Both the position numbers and the translations under genes were made by a program. A stretch of 64,000 nucleotides of DNA from Candidatus Omnitrophota bacterium (lineage in GTDB: Bacteria > Omnitrophota > JACPQZ01), in NCBI GenBank assembly GCA_016190205.1, contig JACPQZ010000038.1:4005-68004 (forward strand), read 5' to 3'. Positions within the stretch are counted from its first letter, which is position 1, and the number at the start of each line of letters is the position of its first letter. Under the pieces are notes generated by a model. The model saw only the letters and a list, made by a program, of their open reading frames with translations. It made no database searches and was not told the DNA's origin. Positions 29,329-38,589 of the stretch are shown piece by piece.

Positions 29329-31431
29329 TTATCGGTGAGGAGAGGCCGCAAGCTTAAGTTCCGTTTTAAACGTGAGGGTGACCCGGACGCCGCCTTCCTC
29401 GCGGTTTTGTACCTGGATCACTCCCCCGTGAAGCTCCACGAAGGTCTTGGAGATCGCAAGCCCGAGGCCCGTCCCTTGCTCAATCGGTTTGGTTGTGAAG
29501 AAGGGATCAAAGATTTTGGGAAGGTCCGCTTCGGAGATGCCTGGCCCCGTATCCTCAACGCTTACACTGACTACGGAGTCCCCTAAAACAAAGGGACGGG
29601 TTTTTCCGCCGCCAGGAAAGCTGTCCAAGTCTCGGATCCTATCGACCCGGGTCTCGATGCGCAGTATGCCGCTCACGGGCATGGCATCTATGGCATTCGA
29701 GATGAGGTTCACCAAAACCTGCATGATCTTCTGTCTGTCCAACATGAGCGGGGGAAGCCCGGGTGTAAGCCCCATGATCGGATTGATACACGAACCTCTC
29801 AATTTGTGTGTGACCTGAAGAAACGCCTCCTCAACCAGTGCATTTAAGTCCGTGGGCTCTGGCTCGATGCGAACCGGGGCTGAATACTTGAGCAGTCCCT
29901 TGATAATTCTGTCCGCACCCTCCACCGCATAGACCATATCGTCCAGCACACCTTTTAAGTCGTCCTCCGTCATACGGTCGAGGTCCTTCGTAATGCGTTC
30001 CACGCCCAGCCGCAACAGCGTGAGAGGTGTCTTGACCTCATGCACGATCGAGGCCGCCAGGCGGCCAATGGATTCGAGCTTCTCTGCCTGGATGAGCCGG
30101 GCATGCTTTTCTTTAAGCTCCGCCGTGCGCTGTTCCACCCTTCGCTCGAGCTCCTCATAAGCCCACCGCACGGCTTTCTCCCCCCTCTTACGCTCGCTGA
30201 TGTCAATGATGGCGGCCAGGATAAAGGCGCCCTCCGATGTCCGGATGGGATTTAAGCCGATCTCCACGGGAATCTCCGTGCCGTCCTTGTGGCGGGCGTA
30301 GAGATCGCGGCCTTGCCCCATGGGGCGTGCAGTTGGAGCGTGAAAGAACTCCTTGCGGTGCCTCTCGTGCGCGCCTTGAACACGGCTGGGGATAAGGAGT
30401 TCCACCGGCCGCCCGACGAGTTCACTCCGGGCGTATCCAAAGGTGGACTCGGCCTGGGCATTGGCAAGCACGATGCGCCCTTCGCCATCCACGACGAGCA
30501 TCGCGTACGGCGCCCCCTCCACCGTCAGGCGGAACTGTTCCTCCGCCTCCTGCCGCTCGAAGAAAATCGCCGCCACGAGGAGCCCTGAAACGGTAATAAA
30601 GCCCATAAAAATCTGCGTGAAGAGAAACGACTCCGGGGGGGACTGCGTCGAAAACGGCCCCAGGCCCGTGCCTGCTCCCTTGACCGCGAGATACGCCATC
30701 GCCATGATTGAGAGCATCACCCCGCTCGATCCGAAGCGAACCCCTGCCCAGATAATGAAGGGAAGCACCGCCCAAGCGAGGGGATATTTGTTGACGGCAA
30801 AGGCAGAGTGGCTGCCGAAGATGAACTCGCTCACCGCAACCCAGGCGCACACGAAAGCGATCGCTTCACCCCAACGCCTGGGAGTCCAGTCGAGCCTGGA
30901 AAACTGTCCCCAGGTGATGATCAGCGGGGTTACGATGCAAACACCGATGAGATCCCCCAGCCACCACGTGAGCCACGTTTGGGCGAACGCCGCCGAACCC
31001 ACAAATCTGCCGAGCCACAGACCTGCGACGCCGCATGTAGACGCGATGAGGCACGCCACTATTCCAATTCCCAGAAACATGACCATGTCACGGGAGCGGT
31101 TGAACGGGTTCTGTGTCCCGACCCAGTTCCGGATAAGAAACGCCCCTGCCAGGGCCTGGAGAGTTGACCCCGTGGCGATCGCGCATGAGACCAAAAGTCC
31201 CGCCATACCCGCCGTCGGCATGTGGATAAAAAATATGAGGTTGGCCAGGAAGGAACCCATCCAAATACCGGGCCAAATGCGGGGGCCGCGAAGCAAGGTG
31301 CCTGCAAGCGCTAACCCCGAGGGCGGCCACAGGATGGTGACGTTACCCGGCGGGATAGCAAAAAGAAAGCCGAATAACGCGGTCGTCAGGTATGCGACGG
31401 CCATGATGCCGATCTCTAAAAGTTTTTTCAT
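29329..31431 (-). CDS. MASE1-PAS sensor histidine kinase
   Basis: LWPPSG, WWLGD (MASE1); RPMGQGRDL PAS; HEVKTPL, N/G/F boxes. Confidence 0.9.
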   Translation of the reverse strand: MKKLLEIGIMAVAYLTTALFGFLFAIPPGNVTILWPPSGLALAGTLLRGPRIWPGIWMGSFLANLIFFIHMPTAGMAGLLVSCAIATGSTLQALAGAFLIRNWVGTQNPFNRSRDMVMFLGIGIVACLIASTCGVAGLWLGRFVGSAAFAQTWLTWWLGDLIGVCIVTPLIITWGQFSRLDWTPRRWGEAIAFVCAWVAVSEFIFGSHSAFAVNKYPLAWAVLPFIIWAGVRFGSSGVMLSIMAMAYLAVKGAGTGLGPFSTQSPPESFLFTQIFMGFITVSGLLVAAIFFERQEAEEQFRLTVEGAPYAMLVVDGEGRIVLANAQAESTFGYARSELVGRPVELLIPSRVQGAHERHRKEFFHAPTARPMGQGRDLYARHKDGTEIPVEIGLNPIRTSEGAFILAAIIDISERKRGEKAVRWAYEELERRVEQRTAELKEKHARLIQAEKLESIGRLAASIVHEVKTPLTLLRLGVERITKDLDRMTEDDLKGVLDDMVYAVEGADRIIKGLLKYSAPVRIEPEPTDLNALVEEAFLQVTHKLRGSCINPIMGLTPGLPPLMLDRQKIMQVLVNLISNAIDAMPVSGILRIETRVDRIRDLDSFPGGGKTRPFVLGDSVVSVSVEDTGPGISEADLPKIFDPFFTTKPIEQGTGLGLAISKTFVELHGGVIQVQNREEGGVRVTLTFKTELKLAASPHR

Positions 31432-32792
31432 AGCGGGAGTGTAAACATAAATGCGGAGCCTTGATCGGGCCTGCTGGTAACCCAGACCCGGCCCTGGTGC
31501 GCCTCTACAATATGCTTGACGATGGCAAGTCCTAAGCCGGTGCCGCCCAGACTGCGGGAGCGGGCCTCGTCAACGCGGTAAAAACGCTCGAAGATCCTGG
31601 GAAGATCTTTCTCCGGAATCCCGATGCCGGTATCTTCAACGGCAATCTCCACATGATGGTCCCGGCTGCGCGCCGATATGGACACGGACCCGCCGTCGCG
31701 GTTGTAACTTACTGCATTACCGATCAAGTTCATAAAGACCTGGCGGATCCTCTCGGGATCCGCCTGAATGCGCGGCGCGTTTTCAAAATCCGTCTTCACA
31801 GTCAGACGTCTCTTTTCAATGGGCTGTTTGAGCAGTGAGAGGACCTCGTCCACAATGGGCTTAAGCTCTATCGCCTTAACCCGGGGAGGTGATTCCTTGA
31901 GTTCCAACTGGGCCAGCTGCAGGAGATCATCCACGAGGCGGGTAAGCCTTGCCGCTTCCTGGTCAATGAGCTCCACGAACCTCCTGTTATTCGCCGGATC
32001 ATTGATAGCACCGTCTTTCAACGTTTCCGCGAGACTCCTGATGCCGGTTAACGGGCTCTTGAGCTCGTGCGAAACATTGGCAACAAAGGCCTTTCTCAAA
32101 CGTTCATACCTGTAAACTTCTGTGAGGTCCTCAAACACCATGACGACCGAAGGACGCGCACTACCCAGGGCCCGTCCCAAAACCGCCGTCGCACGAAGCG
32201 TCCTCTCCGTAGGCTGGTAGATGGTAAACTCTCGGTTTGCCGTGAGCCCCTGGGCGCGAACTTCCTCAACCAGTTCATTTACCTCGCGCAATCTTACCAC
32301 CTCGAGAAGCGGCTTACCCGGCGCTTGGGCCAAATCCGTGCCGAAAAGAGACGCCGCAGAGGGGTTCAAGATGGCGATGCGGTCCTCCGCATCCAGTGCC
32401 AGGACACCCTCTGCCATACTCTCCAAAACCGCCTGGGCCTGATTCTTTTCGGTGGAGAGAGTATGCATCTCATTCTTAAGCAGACGCGCCACGGCATGCA
32501 AGGCTCGCCCTAACTCATTGATCTCTGGGATATTTGATCTCGGTGCCGGACCACCCCACCCTCCCTGCGCTATGGATCTTGCCTGATCCGTAAACCCTGT
32601 AAGCGGACGCACAACCTTGCGGGAAAACACGAGACGTAAAAGCAGGGCGAGCACAAGGCTCGCACCCAGGCCTGCTGAAAGGGCACGTGCAATATCGTCC
32701 CCCACCGGCATGACCGCCCCCGTGAACGCAAGCGCTGCGATCACACAAGCCATGATGCTAAGGAGAAAAATTTGGTGGAGGGAAATTTTCAT
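31428..32792 (-). CDS. phoR: PhoR-like sensor histidine kinase
   Basis: HAMP, PAS, FVANVSHELKSPL, IFERFYRVDEARSR..GGTGLGL; upstream of pst genes. Confidence 0.85.
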   Translation of the reverse strand: MKISLHQIFLLSIMACVIAALAFTGAVMPVGDDIARALSAGLGASLVLALLLRLVFSRKVVRPLTGFTDQARSIAQGGWGGPAPRSNIPEINELGRALHAVARLLKNEMHTLSTEKNQAQAVLESMAEGVLALDAEDRIAILNPSAASLFGTDLAQAPGKPLLEVVRLREVNELVEEVRAQGLTANREFTIYQPTERTLRATAVLGRALGSARPSVVMVFEDLTEVYRYERLRKAFVANVSHELKSPLTGIRSLAETLKDGAINDPANNRRFVELIDQEAARLTRLVDDLLQLAQLELKESPPRVKAIELKPIVDEVLSLLKQPIEKRRLTVKTDFENAPRIQADPERIRQVFMNLIGNAVSYNRDGGSVSISARSRDHHVEIAVEDTGIGIPEKDLPRIFERFYRVDEARSRSLGGTGLGLAIVKHIVEAHQGRVWVTSRPDQGSAFMFTLPL

Positions 32793-32810
32793 GAATGTAT
32801 TTTTTAAGAG

Positions 32811-33497
32811 TTACCTATCGATCAGAAACCGGTACCCCACATTTTTGATAGTGAGAATGCGCTTTCCGGCAGCCCCAAGCTTTCGGCGGAGCTGGCTTAC
32901 ATGAAGATCCACCGTCCTAGACTCTATGTCCAGCGAGCGCTCATAGCCCCAGACCCGGCTTAAGAGGACGTCCCGGGAAAGGACCTTTCCCCCGGCCTGG
33001 GCCAGGGCTTTGAGGAGCTCGAATTCCTTGGACGTGAGCTCTATCCCTTTTCCCTTGACCGTCACGAGGTGTCTGGCCCAGTCCGCCTTGAGCTCACCCA
33101 GGGAGAAAATCTCCTCATCACCTTGATCCCGGTAGCGGCGCAGAACCGCCTTGATGCGCGCAACGAGCTCCCGGGGGCTGAAGGGCTTGGTCATATAGTC
33201 ATCCGCCCCGAGCTCAAGGCCCACTACCTTATCCGTCTCGTCGGATTTTACAGTGAGCATAATGACCGGTATATGCGCAGTTCTTGTGTCCCGCTTGATT
33301 GAGCGGCAGACCTCAAGGCCATCCATCTTGGGGAGCATGAGATCCAGGACCACGAGATCCGGAAGCTCCCTTTGGCACATCCCAAGGCCATCGTCTCCAT
33401 CGGCGGCGGTGAGCACGTTAAAACCGGCCGTCTTTAGCCCGTAGGTTACGGCCTCCCGAATACTCGTCTCATCATCCACAACAAGGATCTTTTCCAT
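32811..33497 (-). CDS. phoB: PhoB/PhoP-like OmpR-family response regulator
   Basis: Receiver domain, GLELGADDYMTKPFS, winged helix SRTVDLHV. Confidence 0.82.
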   Translation of the reverse strand: MEKILVVDDETSIREAVTYGLKTAGFNVLTAADGDDGLGMCQRELPDLVVLDLMLPKMDGLEVCRSIKRDTRTAHIPVIMLTVKSDETDKVVGLELGADDYMTKPFSPRELVARIKAVLRRYRDQGDEEIFSLGELKADWARHLVTVKGKGIELTSKEFELLKALAQAGGKVLSRDVLLSRVWGYERSLDIESRTVDLHVSQLRRKLGAAGKRILTIKNVGYRFLIDR

Positions 33498-33654
33498 ACA
33501 GCTAGAATTTTACCACGCGAGGTAAGCGCATTTATATAGAAGCAACTGGGTGTGCCAATTGTGCAATTTACAAATTTTATAACTAAATATTAGGAAACAG
33601 GATGCGGAACCTCATGGTATATTTGTCAGGTATTTACTTTTACTATACAAAACT

Positions 33655-35604
33655 ATGCATAGCCAAGGAGACCGCCCCATGCACTTCGCTCACCGAAGCT
33701 CCTTCTTACTAGGCCTGTTCGTTTTCATAGCGTTCCTGTCCACAATTTTTGCTCCAGCCACCTTCGCTGACCCTCCCTCTGCAAAACTCATCCGGAAGGC
33801 CGCTCCTTTTCAACGCACGGCCCCCGAACTGGGCGAGGTCCGCTCCCGTGCCGTGGAGCTTAACCTGGACGCCCTTCCTGGGGACATCCCGGAGTCGCAC
33901 CCAGTGCATGGATACATTCGAAAGGTCGAAATCACACTCTTTGAAGATGTCGTGCTCACCCTTTTACTATACCCTTCGGAGAGAAAGGGCCCCGACCATA
34001 TCGCGTGGCAGGGTTATGTGGAGTCAGATCCCACCAGCACCGTCTTCATTGTGAGAAACAAGGCAAGCGTCACGGGAATCATTTCCACGGTGGGCACGAG
34101 CTACGAAATCCGGTTTTTGGGTAACGGCCTCCACAGAATTCTGGAGGTGAACTACTCGGCCCTTCCGCCCGAAGCTAAGCCGCACACCCACGACGAGGGC
34201 GACGCGTCCGGGGGCGAAGCTCCTACGGGCGAAACCGCAAGCGCTGATTCCGGCGGGGTGACCGATCTCCTGGTGGTCTATACGCCGGCGGCGCGGGCGA
34301 CATTGGGCGGGACGGACGCCATGAATTCTCGCATTTCGCTCTTCGTGACGCAGACCAACACGGCCCTCGCCAACAGTCAGGTCACGACCCGCATGAATCT
34401 CGTGCACACCGCGGAGGTGAGTTACGTCGAGAGCGGAAGCTTTTCAACAGACCTCTCCCGGTTGCGCGGTTCCACGGACGGTTACATGGATACTGTGCAC
34501 GAGATGCGCAACCTTTACGGAGCGGATCTCGTGTCCCTCATCTTAAACAGCGGGGATTACTGCGGCACGGGATACCTTCCCAAAAGCCTTTCGACCGGCA
34601 ATAGCTCCCTGGGCTTCAGCGTGGTGCTGCGCAACTGCACCGATTACACCTTCGCACACGAGCTGGGCCACAACATGGGCTCGCATCATGATCGCGCAAA
34701 TGCGGGCGGCACCCCCCTCTTTCCTTACGCCTACGGCTGGCGATTTTACGGAAATAGCGGCACCCTGTTCCGCACGGTCATGGCCTACAGCCCCGGGAGG
34801 CGCATCCCGTATTTTTCTAACCCCAACCTCCTCTACGACGGAACGCCCACGGGCGTCCCTGATTCCGAGGACAATGCCCGGAGCCTGAATCAATTCGTTC
34901 CCTACTTCTCCAACTACCGCACGAGCACCACCCCGGTGCTTGAACCGGTCCTCTCCTTTTCGCCGGTCGATTTACAGTTCGGAAATCTGGCTATCGGAGG
35001 AAGCAAGCGCCTTATCCTCACCCTGTCCAATAAAGGAGGTGCTGACTTAACCGTCACGAACATCCAGCTTGCGCACACGGAGTTCGCTCTGGCGAACCCT
35101 GAAAACTGCATCAAGACCCTGGCGCCCTTTGAGTCTTGTTCTCTCTCCGTCGACTACCTGCCGTTTGACTCGGGTTCAGACACCGGCGTCATCACCTTCA
35201 CCTCGAACGACCCCACGGGCCCGCACGGATATTACCTCTTCGGGACGGGTGTTGCTGCGGAACCGGATATCATGCTGAGCGCGACTGGAATAAGTTTCGG
35301 AAACGTGAAGGCGGGTTCCTCACAAACGAGGAGCCTCTCCATTTCAAATACCGGCAGCGTGGACCTCCTCTTAAACCGTCTGGAGATCGTAAATAACGCC
35401 ACAGGCGCCTTTCAAATCGCCTCGGATGGCTGCTCGTCCCGCGTGATCGCCCCGGCAGGCTCGTGCACAGTCTCCATCCGCTTTTCGCCACTCGCCAGCA
35501 CGAGCTACTCGGCGGACCTTGTGATCGAATCCAACGATCCTGATGAGAGTTCGCTTGCGGTCCCGTTGTCCGGGCAAGTGAGAGGGGCCCGTGGAAAGAA
35601 GTAG
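33655..35604 (+). CDS. Secreted reprolysin-like (M12B) zinc metallopeptidase with two Ig-like (choice-of-anchor D type) domains
   Basis: DLLVVYT, GADLVSL, HELGHNMGSHHD, RTVMAY Met-turn, FSNP; two FGN..SND repeats. Confidence 0.85.
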   Translation: MHSQGDRPMHFAHRSSFLLGLFVFIAFLSTIFAPATFADPPSAKLIRKAAPFQRTAPELGEVRSRAVELNLDALPGDIPESHPVHGYIRKVEITLFEDVVLTLLLYPSERKGPDHIAWQGYVESDPTSTVFIVRNKASVTGIISTVGTSYEIRFLGNGLHRILEVNYSALPPEAKPHTHDEGDASGGEAPTGETASADSGGVTDLLVVYTPAARATLGGTDAMNSRISLFVTQTNTALANSQVTTRMNLVHTAEVSYVESGSFSTDLSRLRGSTDGYMDTVHEMRNLYGADLVSLILNSGDYCGTGYLPKSLSTGNSSLGFSVVLRNCTDYTFAHELGHNMGSHHDRANAGGTPLFPYAYGWRFYGNSGTLFRTVMAYSPGRRIPYFSNPNLLYDGTPTGVPDSEDNARSLNQFVPYFSNYRTSTTPVLEPVLSFSPVDLQFGNLAIGGSKRLILTLSNKGGADLTVTNIQLAHTEFALANPENCIKTLAPFESCSLSVDYLPFDSGSDTGVITFTSNDPTGPHGYYLFGTGVAAEPDIMLSATGISFGNVKAGSSQTRSLSISNTGSVDLLLNRLEIVNNATGAFQIASDGCSSRVIAPAGSCTVSIRFSPLASTSYSADLVIESNDPDESSLAVPLSGQVRGARGKK

Positions 35605-35606
35605 TG

Positions 35607-36917
35607 TCAGGTCTTGAAAATAAGCGTCGCCCGAACCCCGCCGCCTCTTCTGTTGGAGATATTTAATTCGCCTCCGTGCATGTCCATAATATTTTTGGCG
35701 ATGGAAAGCCCAAGCCCCGTTCCCTGGCCGGTCTTCTTGGTGGTGAAGAAGGGGTCGAAGATCTTGCTTAAGTGCTCCTCCGGGATCCCGGGCCCGGTAT
35801 CGTCGATTTCCAAAACGGCCAGGGTTTCGCCGGCCTTAAAGCGATCGCCCTCCCTCCTGCCTTTCCCCGCACCCGCGTTTCCAATCTTCTGGGTGTAGGC
35901 CCGGACGGTGAGCGTTCCTCCCACACCCATGGCGTGCGACGCGTTTAAAATAAGGTTAACCAGAACGTGCTGAACACGATTTCGATCCATGAGGGCCAGC
36001 AGGGGCTCTTTCGCAATATTCCTGACCACCTTGACGCGCAGCCGCTCGAGCTCGTGTCTCACAAGAGAAATAGAAGCCTCGAGCACCGCATGAAGATCAT
36101 CCTGCTTTAAGCTCACGGCGCTTAAAGACGAGAAATCGAGTATTCCCCTGATCACGGTATCAGCCTTGCGAACCGCATCCGAGATGTCTTCTATCACCTG
36201 TCTTGCATCCGGGTCGCCCTCGCCGATTCTTTTGGCAAGGAAATCCGCCCCCATCCGGATAACGCTTAGGGGGTTCTTCACCTCGTGCGCCACGCCTGCG
36301 GCGAGGCGCCCGACCGACTGGAGCTTTTCGGCCTGAACGAGCATCGCCATGGTTTCCTGTAGCTTTTTCTCGCGCGTCTCAATCTCTTTATGGCGCAGCT
36401 CCAGGTCCTCCATGACATTGAGCGCGGCCAGTTGAGCGCGTTCGAGCTCCGCCAACCGCTTCTGCTCGCTTAGGGCAGCGCTTTGAGCAAGCTCCCTCTC
36501 CCTTTCAAGAGAGCGCGCGCGTTCGGTCACATCCTGTACCAAAAGAATGGCGGCCTCTTCGCGTTCGCTCAAGTGAAACCGGGACCCTTCGATCTCGAGC
36601 GACAAGACCTCATCCCCTCTCTTGAGCTGGTATGCCTCCCGCTCCATCACGCCCGTTGTCATGATGAGGCGCAAGGGATGCGCCTCCGGCGGAACCAAAC
36701 GACCGTCCCGGCTCAGTGGCAAGAACCCTTCCAGGCCGATCCCCAGGATCTCAATATGGGCGCGGCCGGTGATCCTGTCAAACCCCCTGTTGCACCACTG
36801 GACCCTGCCTTTGGAGTCCGTCCAGACGACACCCGTATCAATGGACCCTAAGGCCACCTCGAGCTTGCCTAAAATGGACCGGAGCTCCGCGATGAGAGCC
36901 GCTAAGTCTGCTACCAC
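35607..36917 (-). CDS. Cytoplasmic PAS histidine kinase
   Basis: PAS, EKLQSVGRLAAGVAHEVKNPL, FDPFFTTK, GTGLGL. Confidence 0.9.
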   Translation of the reverse strand: MVADLAALIAELRSILGKLEVALGSIDTGVVWTDSKGRVQWCNRGFDRITGRAHIEILGIGLEGFLPLSRDGRLVPPEAHPLRLIMTTGVMEREAYQLKRGDEVLSLEIEGSRFHLSEREEAAILLVQDVTERARSLERERELAQSAALSEQKRLAELERAQLAALNVMEDLELRHKEIETREKKLQETMAMLVQAEKLQSVGRLAAGVAHEVKNPLSVIRMGADFLAKRIGEGDPDARQVIEDISDAVRKADTVIRGILDFSSLSAVSLKQDDLHAVLEASISLVRHELERLRVKVVRNIAKEPLLALMDRNRVQHVLVNLILNASHAMGVGGTLTVRAYTQKIGNAGAGKGRREGDRFKAGETLAVLEIDDTGPGIPEEHLSKIFDPFFTTKKTGQGTGLGLSIAKNIMDMHGGELNISNRRGGGVRATLIFKT

Positions 36918-36951
36918 AGGGGCTTGATCGCCTTATGCTTCACTGAAGGCC

Positions 36952-37299
36952 TCACTCCAAAGGAGTAAGGGTCGCCCCAAAAACCCACTTGCCATCCTGT
37001 TTTTCCGCAATGATCAGGTGCTCGCAGTCAGTTTCCTTCCCTGCCTTGGTTACCGCTTTAAGTTTGAGCGGCTTATTGAGCAGGGTACCCTGCTCCGTGA
37101 GAAGAAAGCGGGAGAATCCCAGGTGGTGGGCATCATGCAGGTTTTTGGGAATGAGAACGGTGAGCGGTCTTCCCATTATTTCCTTCGATTTCCAACCGAA
37201 AAAGGATTCGAACGAAGCATTCACCCAGCTGATGAGTCCGTCCCGGTCCGAGATGACGGCCGGAACTGCGGTTACTTTCTTGAGTTCCTCAAGGGTCAT
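36952..37299 (-). CDS. Stand-alone PAS domain protein
   Basis: WVNASFESFFGW..GRPLTVLIP..AHHLGFSRF. Confidence 0.8.
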   Translation of the reverse strand: MTLEELKKVTAVPAVISDRDGLISWVNASFESFFGWKSKEIMGRPLTVLIPKNLHDAHHLGFSRFLLTEQGTLLNKPLKLKAVTKAGKETDCEHLIIAEKQDGKWVFGATLTPLE

Positions 37300-37928
37300 G
37301 CCCCATCCTCCATTTTGAGCCGGAGGGTGCCCCCGGCAGCTGAAACCTTGTCGGGAACCTCATACCTTCTAGGTTGTCCCAACTGACCGGCCAGCGTATT
37401 TATCTCCATTTTGAGCTTGATCATCTCCATCTCCCGGTCTACGGTCACGCGGAAAAACCGCTCCAGCCTCTTTTGTTTCTCTTCTAAATCGGAATATGCC
37501 GTATCGAGCTCTTCGGCCCGCTCCTTTTCTTCCTGCGCGCCCTGTAACGCCTTTTGGGTCAAGGCCTTTTCTCTTTCCAGAAGACCCTTAAGATCGGCCG
37601 CCATTTTGTTAAATGACATGGCGAGCTGCCCCACCTCATCACGCGAGACGACCACAATCCTCGTGTTGAGATCTCCCCTCCCGACCGCCTGCGCGGCATC
37701 CCGAAGTCTCCTGATGGAAGATGTCAGTGACCGCGCCAGAAAGTCTCCGACCGAAATGACTATGGCAAAAACTATGGTTGCATAGCCGATCATAACCGTC
37801 AGTTTATAGGGGAGTTCTGTGATCCGGATGACGATGGCAATTCCCAGCACCGCCAGGCCTATAATGAGCGCGGAAAGCAATACAAAGACTGCGGCGAGCC
37901 TCGATCTGATGCTCCGGAACATGCCCAT
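37296..37928 (-). CDS. Membrane HAMP-domain protein lacking kinase core
   Basis: Two TM helices, GDLNTRI..DEVGQLAMSFNKM, DREMEMIKLKMEIN tail. Confidence 0.8.
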   Translation of the reverse strand: MGMFRSIRSRLAAVFVLLSALIIGLAVLGIAIVIRITELPYKLTVMIGYATIVFAIVISVGDFLARSLTSSIRRLRDAAQAVGRGDLNTRIVVVSRDEVGQLAMSFNKMAADLKGLLEREKALTQKALQGAQEEKERAEELDTAYSDLEEKQKRLERFFRVTVDREMEMIKLKMEINTLAGQLGQPRRYEVPDKVSAAGGTLRLKMEDGA

Positions 37929-37990
37929 TACTTTAGCACGGGGAGAGGCTCCTTACAACCACCGGCGCCCTGAGGTCGGCACAGGCAAAT

Positions 37991-38026
37991 AAAAAGCGAT
38001 GGGGGCCTTCGAACGGCCCCCATCGC
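37991..38026 (-). terminator. Intrinsic terminator
   Basis: GCGATGGGGGCC-loop-GGCCCCCATCGC stem with A-run on the left (U-tract on minus strand). Confidence 0.8.
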
Positions 38027-38151
38027 CTGCCCCTTGCGCCGCCAGATCTCTTGGTTTTTACGGCTTCTCCGGGACAGTATCTTTTTCTATGGTAATGGTC
38101 TCGGTGATGTTCTTGCCGTCTTCCTTGCGGTACCAGATCGTTTGCTTTTGA

Positions 38152-38475
38152 TCAATAATATTTCCAAAAATTATTGGCTTCCTGGTTCCCACGGCCTCCT
38201 TCCTCAAACACGCGGGGGTTAAGCTGCGATTCGCCCGGCTCTTTCCCGTACGCTCCCTCCGAAGCAAATTGCGCTCGATAAAATTCGAGTCTCTTGTTCG
38301 TCAACTGCACGTCGGGAAGATCAAAAAGACGCTCGCTCGTATGATCAATGGAGTAGGCCTCTTGAGCAGATCCATTTGCATTCTTCACAACGACACCGAT
38401 CGGCCAGCACAAAACGGCCGCCAGCGCACACAACAAAAGACAAACCGCCCTTATTCCAAACACTTTTTCGGTCAT
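38152..38475 (-). CDS. Hypothetical secreted/membrane protein
   Basis: GGAGGTG RBS, hydrophobic N-terminus. Confidence 0.55.
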   Translation of the reverse strand: MTEKVFGIRAVCLLLCALAAVLCWPIGVVVKNANGSAQEAYSIDHTSERLFDLPDVQLTNKRLEFYRAQFASEGAYGKEPGESQLNPRVFEEGGRGNQEANNFWKYY

Positions 38476-38589
38476 GGACATCACCTCCATGACTGAAGAG
38501 TAGCAAAATCACCATGACAGGAACATGAACTTAAAATTACAATTTGTCCATGGAGTGTCTGGGGGGTTTGGATCTTACGAGGGACGTTT

